From positions 86,244,001 through 86,308,000 of the forward strand of contig NC_087437.1 in the NCBI RefSeq assembly GCF_036321535.1: a stretch of 64,000 bases of DNA. The letters are read 5' to 3'. A program made the position numbers and the translations under genes. Position 1 is the stretch's first letter. The number at the start of each line of letters is the position of its first letter. This document shows, one piece after another, positions 1-12,676 of the stretch. This DNA is from Camelus dromedarius (taxonomy: Eukaryota). The notes below the pieces were generated by a model. That model searched no databases. It was not told the origin of the DNA and saw only the letters and a program-made list of their open reading frames with translations.

Positions 1-116
1 CACTGAGAAACTGTATCAGGCTGTGTCTGGAAGCATACGGAAAACAACAGCAACAAAGCAACAGAACAGTGGTATCACTGGGAGTCCATCAGTCTGTCAC
101 AATGTAATAAAAGTAC

Positions 117-271
117 CTTGTCAAACGTTTCAGGCCAGGCATCTCCCATTTCTCTGCCATCCAATTCAGACACTTTAATTACATTTACCAACGGCTGTGG
201 GATGAAGGATTCTAACGTCTCCCTCAGCCACCTCAATCTCAGAGTATCGTATTCGTTACAGTGAAGATAAC
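117..271 (-). CDS. NSUN3: NSUN3 coding exon 4 (155 bp); downstream exons lie outside the window
   Basis: tttag|GTTATC...GACAAG|gtactt; encodes (G)YLHCNEYDTLRLRWLRETLESFIPQPLVNVIKVSELDGREMGDAWPETFDK. Phase is consistent with exon 3. Confidence 0.95.
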
Positions 272-856
272 CTAAATATAAAGGATTAAAAAGTTTTGAA
301 ATGAATATAATGGAACTGTTAAACTTCCAGTTTTGATCAAATACATTTCAGCAAGAAATTGGTTCATCATAATTACACAGAAATAGGGCTCAGACGTAAA
401 CATTATGACTCCCATATGTTTAAAAACACACACGCACGCACGCGCGCACACACACACTTCATAAAACATTTAAGATAGTCATGCCTGCATAGCCTCTCCT
501 AAGCTCTCACCATTCACTCATTCAAATTTAATTTTCACGGTGAAAACCTTCAGAGAAATATGGATTCCTAAAGATGTGCTATACAACCAATACCCCAGAG
601 TTCTCTCTTGAAGTTCGTAAAGAGTAAATCATAAACTCTTAAGAGTAAATGATACATAAGTTCCTTCCAGAACAGAACACTTTCATTCTAAATAAAGGAA
701 GGTGCATGGCATGTGGGGAAAAAGCATGTAAAGTGCTGTTGACTTTATGACGAGAAAGATCTGGGCTCAGATTATGAGCTGTGAGACTTTGAGGAAGGCA
801 CCTAGCTCTCTTCAGAGTCTTAGTTTCCTTACCTGTAAAATAAGGACTGTACCTAG

Positions 857-1340
857 TGAGGGGCATATCACTCCAAAAATGCTGCTTTGGCATATTGATT
901 ATTTTGAGTGAAAGATGTCTGAATAACAGCAGATACTGGAATGGCATTTGACCTTTTTTACTTCTTGAAAGCAGGAGATGAACTCCCATGTGAAAGATAC
1001 CCTCCCTGTACCAGGAGGTAAGAAATATCCTTATCACCAGAGACAGGGAATCAAGACCAAGAGAAATGCGTACAGACTTTGTTCAAAATAACTCTTCCTT
1101 TCTTCTCCCCACATATTTCAGTTACTTGTCCACAACGGGCACTATTTATTCAACCTTGTATGTAAGCACTTAGGCCTAGCCACTTCTTCGGGTCTTCATT
1201 TTCCTGTGGCAACTCCCATGAACACATAAAATTTTAAAGAATAACATTTGTATGCTTTATTCCTGTTACCCTGTCTTATGTCAGTCACAGCCAGAAGCCC
1301 TAAGAGGACAGGACAGAGGAGAAATTTTACTTCCCCTATG
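857..1340 (+). mobile_element. Solo ERV1 LTR (MER34/MER39-like) inserted into a MIR
   Basis: MER34-type motifs (GCTTTGGCATATTGATTATTTTGAG, CCCTCCCTGTACCAGGAG). 4-bp TSD CTAG at 853-856 and 1341-1344. MIR sequence resumes on both sides. Confidence 0.75.
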
Positions 1341-1376
1341 CTAGTACCTTACAAAGTAGTTGTTAAGATTAACTGT

Positions 1377-1450
1377 TGCAAACTGTTACACCTTAAACTT
1401 ATATAGTACTGTATGTCAATTATATCTCAATGAAACTGGAAGAAAAAAAT
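1377..1450 (+). mobile_element. Short 5'-truncated L1 3' end
   Basis: TGTATGTCAATTATATCTCAAT...A-tail, flanked by TSD GATTAACTGT (1367-1376 and 1451-1460). Confidence 0.7.
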
Positions 1451-1519
1451 GATTAACTGTGACACTTTAGTAACATATGCAGCATAATACTGTAAAAGTA
1501 GTAACAAATGTTAATAATA

Positions 1520-1750
1520 ATTACTAACAATTCTTGAGTCCCTACTGAAGGCTAGGCATTGTTTTAAGACTTTACACATAGTAACACATTTAACCTTCAC
1601 AAATCTGTGAGGTAGATAATTTTAATATTATTCTATTTTACTGATCAGGAAACTGAAGCCAAGACAGGTTAAGAAACTTGCCCAGGTTCACAGAACAAGA
1701 AACCCAGGTGCCTTAGTTCAAGAGCCCTAACTACTTCTAAGCACCATCTA
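1520..1750 (-). mobile_element. MIR SINE
   Basis: MIR core GAAACTGAAGCC...GGTTAAG..ACTTGCCCAGGTTCAC. Confidence 0.7.
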
Positions 1751-2817
1751 TGCTGTTTCTCAGTATAGCAGGCATTTAGCAAGTGGTTCTCTCCCTAATA
1801 AAACAGTTGTTTTGCCTTTCTTTACTTAAATATATATTTATAAATATTTTAATATATTTATCACATAATAACATAAATTTCATATAATACATATTTAAAT
1901 ACAAGCATATTTAAAATGCCTAAAAGTATAAACAAAGAACATCAAAAATTACCTAAAACACACTGCCTTCAGATAAGCACAATTTAACATTTAAATAAAT
2001 AAAAATACCCTATCTCCGTATGCCTATACCTGCATATAAAATGCATATAAATGGAGTTATATGTTTTTGTAGTGTCATTTTTTCCACTTTTTCTTCATCT
2101 ACCCCCTTCCCAACTCCCCAAATACACCATCAAAAGGAACCTATACTATCAACCTGATATACATATGCTATATAATTATCCACATACCCAAGATTATATT
2201 TACACACTTTTCTGTCCCTTACTCTTCACATATGCTAATACTTCAAAGGCAAGAGCACCAAGTTAATTGGTAGAGATATTTTTAAAGGCTGCTAAATAGC
2301 ACATAGGATAAATGTCCTCCTTTACTCAACCATCACCAATTGTTGGGCATTCATTCTTGTTGTCAGTAAGGATAATAGTCAATAAGCATTTTCATAAAGG
2401 GGTCCTTCCGTAATGTGGTTTTATTATTACGGATGGTACCAGAGGAAAAGAGACTTTGGGGTAGGGGAATTTTTAGTTTTAGTAAACATTTCCCTGTCCC
2501 TCCACCAAACTCCCACAAGAAGTCAGTGTTACTATTAGTCTGACATGGTTTGTTATGCTATAATATAATCCTTGCTCTCTAACACAATTGAGCTGGTTTT
2601 CGTCTAGTCATTATTGGTTTTGCTTTTCTGTCAACTGCCTATTCTTCTTTGACCTTTTTTTCCCCAATTGCACTATTCATATTTTTTTTATTAACAGGTA
2701 AGACGTATTTCCATATTTTTAATATTAACTCTTTATCTGCGATCTGATTTGCAAATATGTTTCCTAAATTGCCTTCTGAATTTATTTGTAGTATTTTTTT
2801 AAATACATAAGTTTCAT

Positions 2818-2951
2818 GATTTTTTTTTTTTTTTGCAGGGGGCAGTAATTAGGTTTACTTATTTATTTTTTTCATGGAGGTACTAGGGATTGAACCCAGG
2901 ACCTCATGGATGCTAGGCATGCACTCCATCACTTGAGCTATACCCTCCCCC
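2818..2951 (-). mobile_element. tRNA-derived SINE (camelid Vic-1-like)
   Basis: Reverse complement reads GGGGAGGGTATAGCTCAAGTG...GAGGTCCTGGGTTCAATCCCTAGTACCTCC...AAACCTAATTAC, with A/B boxes and an A-rich tail. Confidence 0.85.
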
Positions 2952-4079
2952 TACAATTTTTTTGCATTCAATCATATCACTTTCATAATTTCTACGTTTT
3001 TTTGGTCTTATTTAAGGTCGTATTTTCAACCATTAGATTTACAGGTCTAATTCAACTAAACATTCACACAGGCCATATCTGGCATCATCTGACAGAGGAC
3101 AGAAATCACATCTTGCCAAGAAGGCTTTAATGGAAATCTTTGCTGTGGTCCCCACAGGTGGTAATTCAGGTGCGAGAAGAGACTCACATCAGGCAGGTGC
3201 AGGAGTTGTCCTGGTATAAAACCCTCATGCCCCACAGGAGCCAATACTTCTTTTAACAACTCCACAGGCACAGCTGGCAGGGTCCCCACGGGGGACATGC
3301 CCAATTACAAGAGTCACTGCACTCAGGCCCAAAGCATGGCATCCCCATCAGCTCTCTAGAGTTTATTTATTCTTTTCCCCGGTGCACATACATTTTACCA
3401 ATCAGGGTCATTTTTATCACAAGCAATGTTCCCTAGAAACAAAGTGACAATTTCTGTCAGGTTACCAGGGAAACAAAGCTAGGGAACTAACTGAAGGTGA
3501 AATTCTAACGCAGAGTGGGAAAAATTTTTGTAAACTCTTTGCTCAGAAATGTGTGTGTATACACGCACACATCTATATATCTATACATATATTGCTTTTT
3601 CTCATTGTCACTCTACTGTTAAAAACTTTCAACGACTTCCCATCACCCATTAAATAAAGTTCAAACATCTAGCTTTATTTAATTCAAGGTCTGTAATGGC
3701 GAGACCTCAAGAGAATCTTTCAATTTTAGCCACCCTCTCCCAACTATTTCACCACAATACTCTGTGCCCCACCAAACCTGACTGACTAGACCATCTCTCA
3801 AACATAATTTGTACCCCTCCTGTAGCACTGACCATATTTCATGTCATCAGAGGCTGTCCATGTGCACTGCTTACCTTTGCTACTACCAAGGCTCCAGATT
3901 TCCGTATGGAAGGAGCTCAGGAGATGGCATCAATTTTGTTAGGGGGTAAGAGTAGAAAATCACCTTAAAGCTGCATTTGCACAGGTAGTACATTCTTTTT
4001 GATTTCATTTACATGTTTATTTCAGGTGGTTTTTGGAGAAGTCACTAATTCAGCTTATGCGTAGGTGTCTGAAAGCACT

Positions 4080-4700
4080 TGTCTTAGCCTGAAATCACTA
4101 GAAAACAGTCTAAAACAAAAGCTTACATCATGGAAGTGGTAAAATCCCAGGAAAGCAAGAGTGAGAGAAAAAGGAAGTAAATCATGCAAGGAGGGAGCAC
4201 AGACATAAGAAGGTTCATAATCAAGCTGGCTACAGCTTTGCTCAGTCTCTCAGGATATGCCCAAAGTCTGACATTACTGAGCCTTGGAAGAAACTGGGGT
4301 TTCGTGGAATAGGGAGGAAGAGCAATCTACTAGCTTCTTCCTGTCTCCCATCTCTCAGTGGTTAGAGTCCATTCCAAGAGTTGATGACTCCCTGGTTTGT
4401 GTTATCTGGCCCCTCCGGGCAAGCAGTAAGGTAGCCAGAGTCCCTAGCCCTGATGCAGCAAACACGCAGGTGTGGGACCTCTGCCTCCCTGCTGGCACCC
4501 ATCCGGAGGCTCCTCAGTCTGTGGCAACAGCAGCATTAGCAGCAGACGACGGCAGGGTGGCATGAGCCTTTGCTAGGGTTTCCCCAGCCTGTTAATAACT
4601 CAGGTGGCTCAAGCGTTAAGGTGAAAGGTGGTAGGAAAAGTTAAGTCAAACACATCTGTGAGGTGTGTACACCAGGGGCAAGGCAGCCTCCGAAGGCACA
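4080..4700. mobile_element. Degenerate ERVL-type LTR (LTR33/LTR16-like)
   Basis: Start GTCTTAGCCTG...AGAAAACAG and overall composition resemble old ERVL LTRs. Family and boundaries are approximate. Confidence 0.4.
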
Positions 4701-7700
4701 CCTTGTTACCACCTTACCTAACAGACACTAAGAGCCTCAAAGGAAAGAACTGTGTCTTAATTATCTTATATTCCACTTCTCTCTTTTTCTGGTTTAAATA
4801 TTTTACATTCTGTTTCTTTTGGTGGTAACCTTAGAGATTTTAACATGCATATGTAAAAGAAAAATCTAAATTAAGTCAATCTTCACCATTTTTCCCAAAA
4901 GATGTAAGACTTTTATAACACTCCCTCCCAAATTAGATGGTATTTAGGATTTATAGGGGCTTACATTTTTTAACTGCATAAAATATTATCTTTGTCTTCT
5001 GTAGTCAATAACTGTTAGATTTTCCCCCATATAGTTCCACCTTCTTTGCTCTTCATTTCTTTTTGTAGCTTCTATTTTCCATCTAGGATGGCTCTCCTTT
5101 CTCCTTTAAAATTGTTGGTGACAAATTTATACTCTTGCTCTCTCTTTGTCTAAAAAAATGCCCCTTTCACTTTCACTGCTCAGGGGTATTTTGGTGAATA
5201 TATTTCTGGATGATAGTTATCTTTTCTTAGCACAAGGAAAACATCATTCCTCTAAATGCTAGTTCCCACTGTTACTCTCAAAGGTCAGTCCTCAGTCTCT
5301 TAGTCCTCTCTGACCGCAACTAGATGGTTTCTTTAAATTCAGTGTTCAGCAAACTTCACTACAATGGTCTATGTTGGTGTATTTGTGATTACAAAATTTC
5401 AGAGGGTACATCCACTCCTCCCCCACCACCAAAGTTGAGGACAGACAGTATTCCTTTCAGTCCCTCAGAGAGGACAATTTCTTCCTAGTTTGCCTAACAT
5501 GGTAAAAATAGAATTCTGGAGTCTCAGCTTTACGTAACTTAGTCTCCTAGCGGATACTTTACTAGGGCAGGCTCTGGCTTCGCCTTTTATTCCCACATTT
5601 TCAAGAAGCTATGAAAATCAACGTGCAAATTTTTCAGGTGAAGTGGATGCTCTCAAGTGAAAAGCCTGCTTCAGTGCTCAATCTACATTCAAGGTTACCA
5701 AACTCTTAGATTTTGGCCACTGAGTATTTGGAGATCATTGATGCATTTAAAAAGATTTTGTTTTCCTTTAATATTATATCCTACTTTTTTTTGTTAATTT
5801 CAGCAGGATGGCTGGTTAAAATACCTACTTTGTCACAGCACAGGAAACAGAAGTCTTAGTTATTTCTACATCCTTCACAGCTCTAGACTCGCCATCCAAT
5901 GCCTTGCACAGAATATGCACTCACTAAATGTGGCTGACCTGACAGGAAACACGGCATTATAATAAAGAATATTTAAATTGCTAAAACTGAAAATCAGGAC
6001 AGCTTTTCATTAAATTGTAGCTTTAGTCAAGATTCTCAATTCAGCATTTTAAAATAACTCTCAGTTGAAATACAGCTTTATGCTATACTGTTGTTTGGTC
6101 TAGATGTAGATTTTATTTGAAAAAGTCTTAGATTGGTTAAACTTTTAAAAATGTGCAATATAAGGCATCACAATCCAAGTTTCATACATATACTAAGACT
6201 TACTACATTGAGGCAGAATTAATTTTATGCTTAAATTGTCCAAAATAAATCAATTTTTTTTTTAATCTAAGTAGGAAAGGGGGTGAATTTAACAAATTCC
6301 TGAAAAAGTCACTGCGGCTTTTCAGGAATAGTATTTTGGAGTCTCAGCTTTATGTTTTATTTTTTTACTACCTGTTCCAAAATGGTCATGGCTTTTATTA
6401 TTACCAAAAAGAAGGTGCACCTAATGCAGGGAGTTCTAGGAAGGCTTTTGGTGAAAGCTGATTTCTGAGTGAAAATCTGAAGAACAGAAAGGAATTAGCA
6501 GAGGAAGTGGAAGACGAAAGTGGTACCCGTAGGGTGTGCAAAAAACTTGAGATTTGAGGGAGCAGGCAGGAGGGCAAAATCAAGTCAGTAAAGAAAGGAG
6601 TCCTTCTAATCTTCCACCACCAAAGGCTAAGGAGATGTGAAAAGGGTATCAATGACAGCAAAGAGAATTTCATGCCTGGATAGATGTAGCCCTCAGCAAG
6701 AAAGTTGATCAAGCCACTCCATTAAGTTGGGTCATTCTTAATAAATTAATTTATTTATATGAAAGTTAATGCTTTTCTATTTAGAATCAGAATTGTTTGA
6801 TCTTTTTCTATCAACACCAAGACATTACAAATGCTATGCTGACAAAAACAGAACAAGGATAACAACAACAAATGGACAATCCCTCACTGTGCCAACAGGT
6901 GGGAGCAGCTGGACCAGAAGAGAAGTAGACTAATTTTAATCATCTGAAAATATAAGCTTTTCAATCATTCAAAGCTGTGAGCCTCTTGGCCCAGAATAAA
7001 GGCCAATACTGATCTAAAGAAATTTGGTGGATAAATGAATGTTTAGTGGAGCCATCATTTTAAGTTTTGCTTATAAAAGCTTTTTTTTTTTTTTTTTTTT
7101 GCATGGCTTCTGCATTCCAAATTCAAGCACTGTAGCTAACCTAATTTGGGCTCTGAGCATCAGCATGAAGACATCTGTACTTCTTAGTAAGCCATTATCA
7201 TTAGCCCTCCTTAGATGAAAGGCTGCTTTACTTGGAACACTGCCTGTGGTTCATTGCCCTTGATGTAAGAACAGAAAGATTCTTTTCCACTTCAGACTCC
7301 TAGAATATATCCCATTTGCCTCTGGATTCCTAATCTGGAATTTCCTTACCATAAGCACGTAAAATATTCATAGCCTACTAATGAGGATAATCTAGGATTA
7401 AAATGCCCTCTCCTCAAAATGGTATCCAAATTTGGCATTTCTCTTCCACCTTTCACAATACTAAAAATTTTACATTCAAAATTGATGTAACAAACAAAAT
7501 AAGAGTACTGTCAATAAACACAGAGTGAAGGTAAAAGCAAATATTCCCTATAACCCGAGTCCATAAAATTTCATTTTCAGCTCCAATTATAAAAACAGTA
7601 AAATGTTACAAAATAATCTCTTTTGTTCTGATTTTTCACATAAAAAGTATAGCAAGATTCAGTAACAGAATTTAAACTGCAATTTGAAAATGCACAGTAT

Positions 7701-7825
7701 GTTTTCACCTAAATATACAGTTAACTGATATGTGTGTGCCAATGCCTAGTACACTGGATTCACAGTTCTCATAAAAAATTTTGTAATCTATTTCAACAGG
7801 AATGCTCTCAAAGGAAGATATAAAT

Positions 7826-9050
7826 TAGCAGTCTTCAAACTGGAACATGCATGCCCTGGGGATACATAACAACTTCCTAAGGGATGACTTGGATAACTGT
7901 AAAAGAATTTTCAGATCTCTGACTTCCTCAAGGAGGAGAACATCTCGGTCAGGGCTTCTCCTTCCACAGTGGCTGGCCCTTCATCAACTTTACAAATGAG
8001 GAGCAAGCTTTCCACCATCTGGAATCTTATTACAACAAGTTGTGCCAGGGCACAGAAACCTCCAAAGCCCAAACAGAGGCCTACAACACAGTGGTGCCTG
8101 GGCTGAGAAAGTGCATGAGTCTCCTAACTAGATGACACAGCCTTTTGTAACTGAGATGGTTTCCAATCCTTCGCCTTTATCAAAATCAAAACCAGACCTA
8201 AAGAGTGCTCACCTAGTAGATGATTAAAATACCCCTCAGTGAAAGAGATCTACATGATTCAGGGTTATAACTGAGGAGTTTAAAGAACTAGTGAGACTAA
8301 TACAAGCCCCACCATTTCCATCTTTTTATCTAGGTGAACAGCATTTGCACTTACAAAAACAAAACCATCAAACACCAACCGGACGGAATTGACGCTGAAC
8401 CCTGTCTCATCTAGCCATGAGTAATTTTCATCCAGGGAAACCAGAAATGATGTTTTAAAAGTCCCATTGTCTCATTAAAGAAAATAATTTACAATGAATG
8501 CATTACTTTTAACAAGTATTTATAAAAATGTATATTATATACATTTCATCATTTTTATACTACTACTAATAGTAATGATAAGTCATTTCAAAAGAACTTT
8601 TAAAATGTTAAGAATTGCACTGTCCAGTACTATATCCACTTGCCACATGAGGCTATGAGCACCTGAAACATGGCTAGTCCAAATTGAAATGTGCTATAAG
8701 TACACAATGCACACCAATTTCAAAGATTTTGTAAGAAAATGAGAATGAAGAATATCTCATTAATAATTTTTCTTTTGATTACATGTTGAAATAATACTTT
8801 GGATTATTGGGTTACATGTATAATTAAAATTAATTTCACCTGTTTCTTCCTATTGCTACTGAGACTGCACAAAAATTTTAAATTTCATATGTACTTCATG
8901 TTACATTTCTGTTGGACAGAACTGCCTTAGAACTTAATGGTCCAATGATACAAAAAATGATTTTAAATGTTTATGTTTTTGTTGCATAGAAGTATGACAA
9001 AGATATCAATACAAGACTCTCAAGTGTAAAAGTAACAAAATAAAAAAAAA
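7826..9050 (+). mobile_element. hAT-Charlie DNA transposon remnant, interrupted by a MER33/MER3-like element
   Basis: CAGT..TCAAACTGG terminus, and decayed transposase C-terminus (GGAATTGACGCTGAACCCTGTCTCATCTAGC). Confidence 0.5.
8613..8926. mobile_element. MER33/MER3-like non-autonomous hAT element
   Basis: CTGTCCAG...GCCACATG.GGCTATGAGCAC.TGAAA..TGGCTAGTCCAAATTG...TTGGACAG, with terminal inverted ends. Confidence 0.75.
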
Positions 9051-9311
9051 ATCTTTGTCATTGGCTTATCAGGATTCACATTATCTTGATAGATCTGTGG
9101 TCACAAAACGTATTTTTGTTACAAATTTCCTGCTAGGATTAAGTAGCTGGGGAAAAAAAAAAGTTTTTTACACTATTTCCTTAGCTAAAATTTTCATTCC
9201 ACACTGGCCTAGTTTTCAGGCTTTTAAAGTTTGCAAAGTCAATTTTACACTTCTCTCTGAACACTTTAAAAGTATTTTGTAACATATAGTTGTAACAAAA
9301 GCTGTCGATTA

Positions 9312-9704
<393 letters not shown>

Positions 9705-9749
9705 TTAATATTGTACAAAGCAATACTTTACATTACTAAGCGAGGGAAT

Positions 9750-10026
9750 GTGGTCCCAGTTTTATACCTTCCTTACCTGGGATTTTGAGAGCTATATCAG
9801 TATTACTGACTTTTCCTTTTGCCTCAGGCTCCCATATGGCTCAACCCAACACTGTTATGGTTCTGTCTATATTTAAAACATTGATATTGTGTCCATTGTG
9901 TGTTTTCTCTTTTGTATCAATTTTGGTCATTAAAATAGTATTTATCTTGGTAATCGAGTTTTAGGAGCACCTTAAATTCTGCACCAGAGAGGAATGCCTC
10001 ACTTGCCCCAGTCTAGTCCCTCCCTG
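9750..10026. mobile_element. MER96B-like hAT element
   Basis: Ends in CCTTAAATTCTGCACC..GAG..TGCCTCACTTGCC...CTAGTCCC, resembling the MER96 end. Confidence 0.55.
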
Positions 10027-10745
10027 CAGATTATCTTGCCAAAAAAAACATGGCCTGTCTTTGCATACTTCTAAATCCATCAAAATTGATCTTAGTCTAC
10101 CACTTTTTGCACAAGAAAGAGTTTCTTAGAGACAAAATTTGAAACTTGAATCTATTAATATTGAAGGGAAAAGTACCATCATTAAAGGGTGTTTAAAGGA
10201 GTAAGGGTTAAATTTTTCTTCTGACGAAGATAAAAGTATGGAAAGCTAACTACACTGAACCCTACAGTAACAGAGTTAATGAGGCAATCAGTGGCTCAGA
10301 TGATACGAAACCAAGGATGGTTTAAAAATCACTTATGGATGGATGGTGCAGGCTCTCCACGCCCCATCCCCCAGCAGATCTAACTTCCTAACTTTTTATT
10401 CGGTCCAACAGTTAGATCTTTTGATGATCACAATATCACATCAATTGACAAATGATACATCAGGAAATAATTTATTTACCAGCTGACCTTTCTAGCTGAG
10501 TTATTTGGGAGCCTCATTAACCATGGTCAATTAAATAAATTCCAGCTGCTACTCACTCTGGTGTTGCCTGTGTGAGGAATGGCTGGATTGAAATGTAACA
10601 CCTGTGACTCAAAGTGTGCCGTGTGAATTTCAATTGAGGCTAATACATGAAATTGCTTTCTCCTTTCGCTGCCTCTCACTGTGGTGGTGCATCATAGGAG
10701 CCTTGTGTTTCAGCTATACTGGAAGATGGCAATCTTTTTAAGAAT

Positions 10746-10910
10746 GTGCTTCAAAAATTTTAACATGCATCAAGTGTCTGTAAGACTGCTGGGCCCGACC
10801 TGGGGGTTTCAGGAGGTCTGGGGCGGAGCCTGAGAATCTGCATTTCTAGCAAGTTCTCTGAGGTGATATTGATGCTGCTGAGCCCCAGGACCACACTTTG
10901 GGAACCACTG
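10746..10910 (-). mobile_element. MER5A DNA transposon
   Basis: Reverse complement reads CAGTGGTTCCCAAAGTGTGGTCC...GCTAGAAATGCAGATTCTCAGGC. Confidence 0.85.
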
Positions 10911-12623
10911 CACTAAAATGGACCCAAAAGGGAAATCTATGAATGCCACTGTTGTGAATCTGACATCAGTCCATCCCAATCTTACCCTCCAAACTGGATG
11001 AAAATCTGTCCAGAATTTTGAGTCATGTAGCAACAGGGAAATAATGTTCAGAAAACATAATTTAATTAATACAGACTGAAGTGGCTTGGCTTACATCGTG
11101 TGTCCATCCCTCAGCTAACAAAGGGTTGAACACTTTCAACACACTTTGGATACTTTCAATTGGTTAATATCTGACAAGGCAAATCTCCATTTTTTTTTTC
11201 CTACAGAATTTCCAAAGCTATTTTAGAATGTTTATTCTTTCAGATGAACATGAGAAACAGCTGGTCAGTTAAATATTTCATAAAATATTTATATAGACAG
11301 ATTATAAATTTGACTAGGGTTAAAGTAAATGCACTAAATTTGGGGAGAATTAACATCTTTATTGTATTTACTCTTTCCAACCTTCACAATATGTTTCTCC
11401 CTTTATTCACATTTTCTTTCAGGTCCCTTAGTGAAAGGTTATTAATCTTGCATATTTCATTTAGCCTTACTGTATAAAAGGACGGTTAGTTTAGGAACAC
11501 TACTGAGTCTTATACATTATCTAATATTAAATCTTGAAGGATGAGGAGAAATTAGCCATATGACGAAATGAGAAGGGAAGTTCCAGGGTCAAGGCTACAG
11601 CACTTGTGCAGGCCCAGAGGTATGATGGACAGTGCACTTGCAGAACTAAAAGTAGTCTAGTGTGACAGAAGATGATATGGGTTCAGCATAGGATAAAGTT
11701 TCAAAATTTTATCTTATAAATTGTAAATTCTTATTAATAAGAAGTCATGGAAAGATTCTAACGGGAAGAGCCTCATGAGATTTAAAAACATGTACCAATG
11801 GCACAGTAAGGCAGGAGTCTTCAGGAATTATTCTAGCTCATTTTTTAACAACTAGATAAAAGAAGGCCTTGCTCAGAACAAATACATTTTCTGATCCCCC
11901 ATAACTGACTACTGAACCACCTAAATTTCCTGAAACAAGTTTTCTTTAGCCTTTAACAGCCTCAGCATCAATTGCTCTTTCTGCCTAGAATGACCTTTCC
12001 TCTCTCACCCTCTTGCAGCCTGGCTAGCTCTCCTACTTGCTGCTCAGGGGGCAGTTTAGGCTTTATCCCCCCAGGAAAGCCTTTCTATCTACCACCCACT
12101 CTCCCCACCCCACCTCACCCTGATAATATTAACAAAAATTACTGATCAGAAGCTTACAATATGCTTTTTGCATGCTTGCCTCATTTTACCATCACAACAA
12201 CCATGAGGGGTGGCTATTATGTCCATTTTAGAGGTCAGGTTAACTGAAGCTTTCAGACTTGGCAACTTACTGCTTAAGCAGAAGTCCCTGATTCAAAATC
12301 CGCTGGCTTTAGAGCCTAAAAGGAGCGTGAGGCCCTGGTACAGTAGCACAAGTAGTATACAACAGGAAGGGGAAGAGAATTTCTACTCTGACCCTCACCT
12401 ACTGCCAGTGGCCCCAGTCTCCCTGAAGTGGTCTATTGCCTCTAACAGTGGGAACAGCTTGACAAACTCAGCCCTTGAGGACCAGCTGCAGCAGGACCAA
12501 CTCAAAGAAGTGACTGCTAAGGCTGCCCAGGTTGGTGCTTCCCAGCCCTGAGAAAGCAAAGCTGTGTATTAATGTGGATCTCAGCTCCCCCTGCATCCAC
12601 CTGCCAGCAGCCTCCTCTCCCCC

Positions 12624-12626
<3 letters not shown>

Positions 12627-12672
<46 letters not shown>
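12627..12672. repeat. (AC)23 microsatellite
   Basis: Perfect dinucleotide run. Confidence 0.98.
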
Positions 12673-12676
<4 letters not shown>

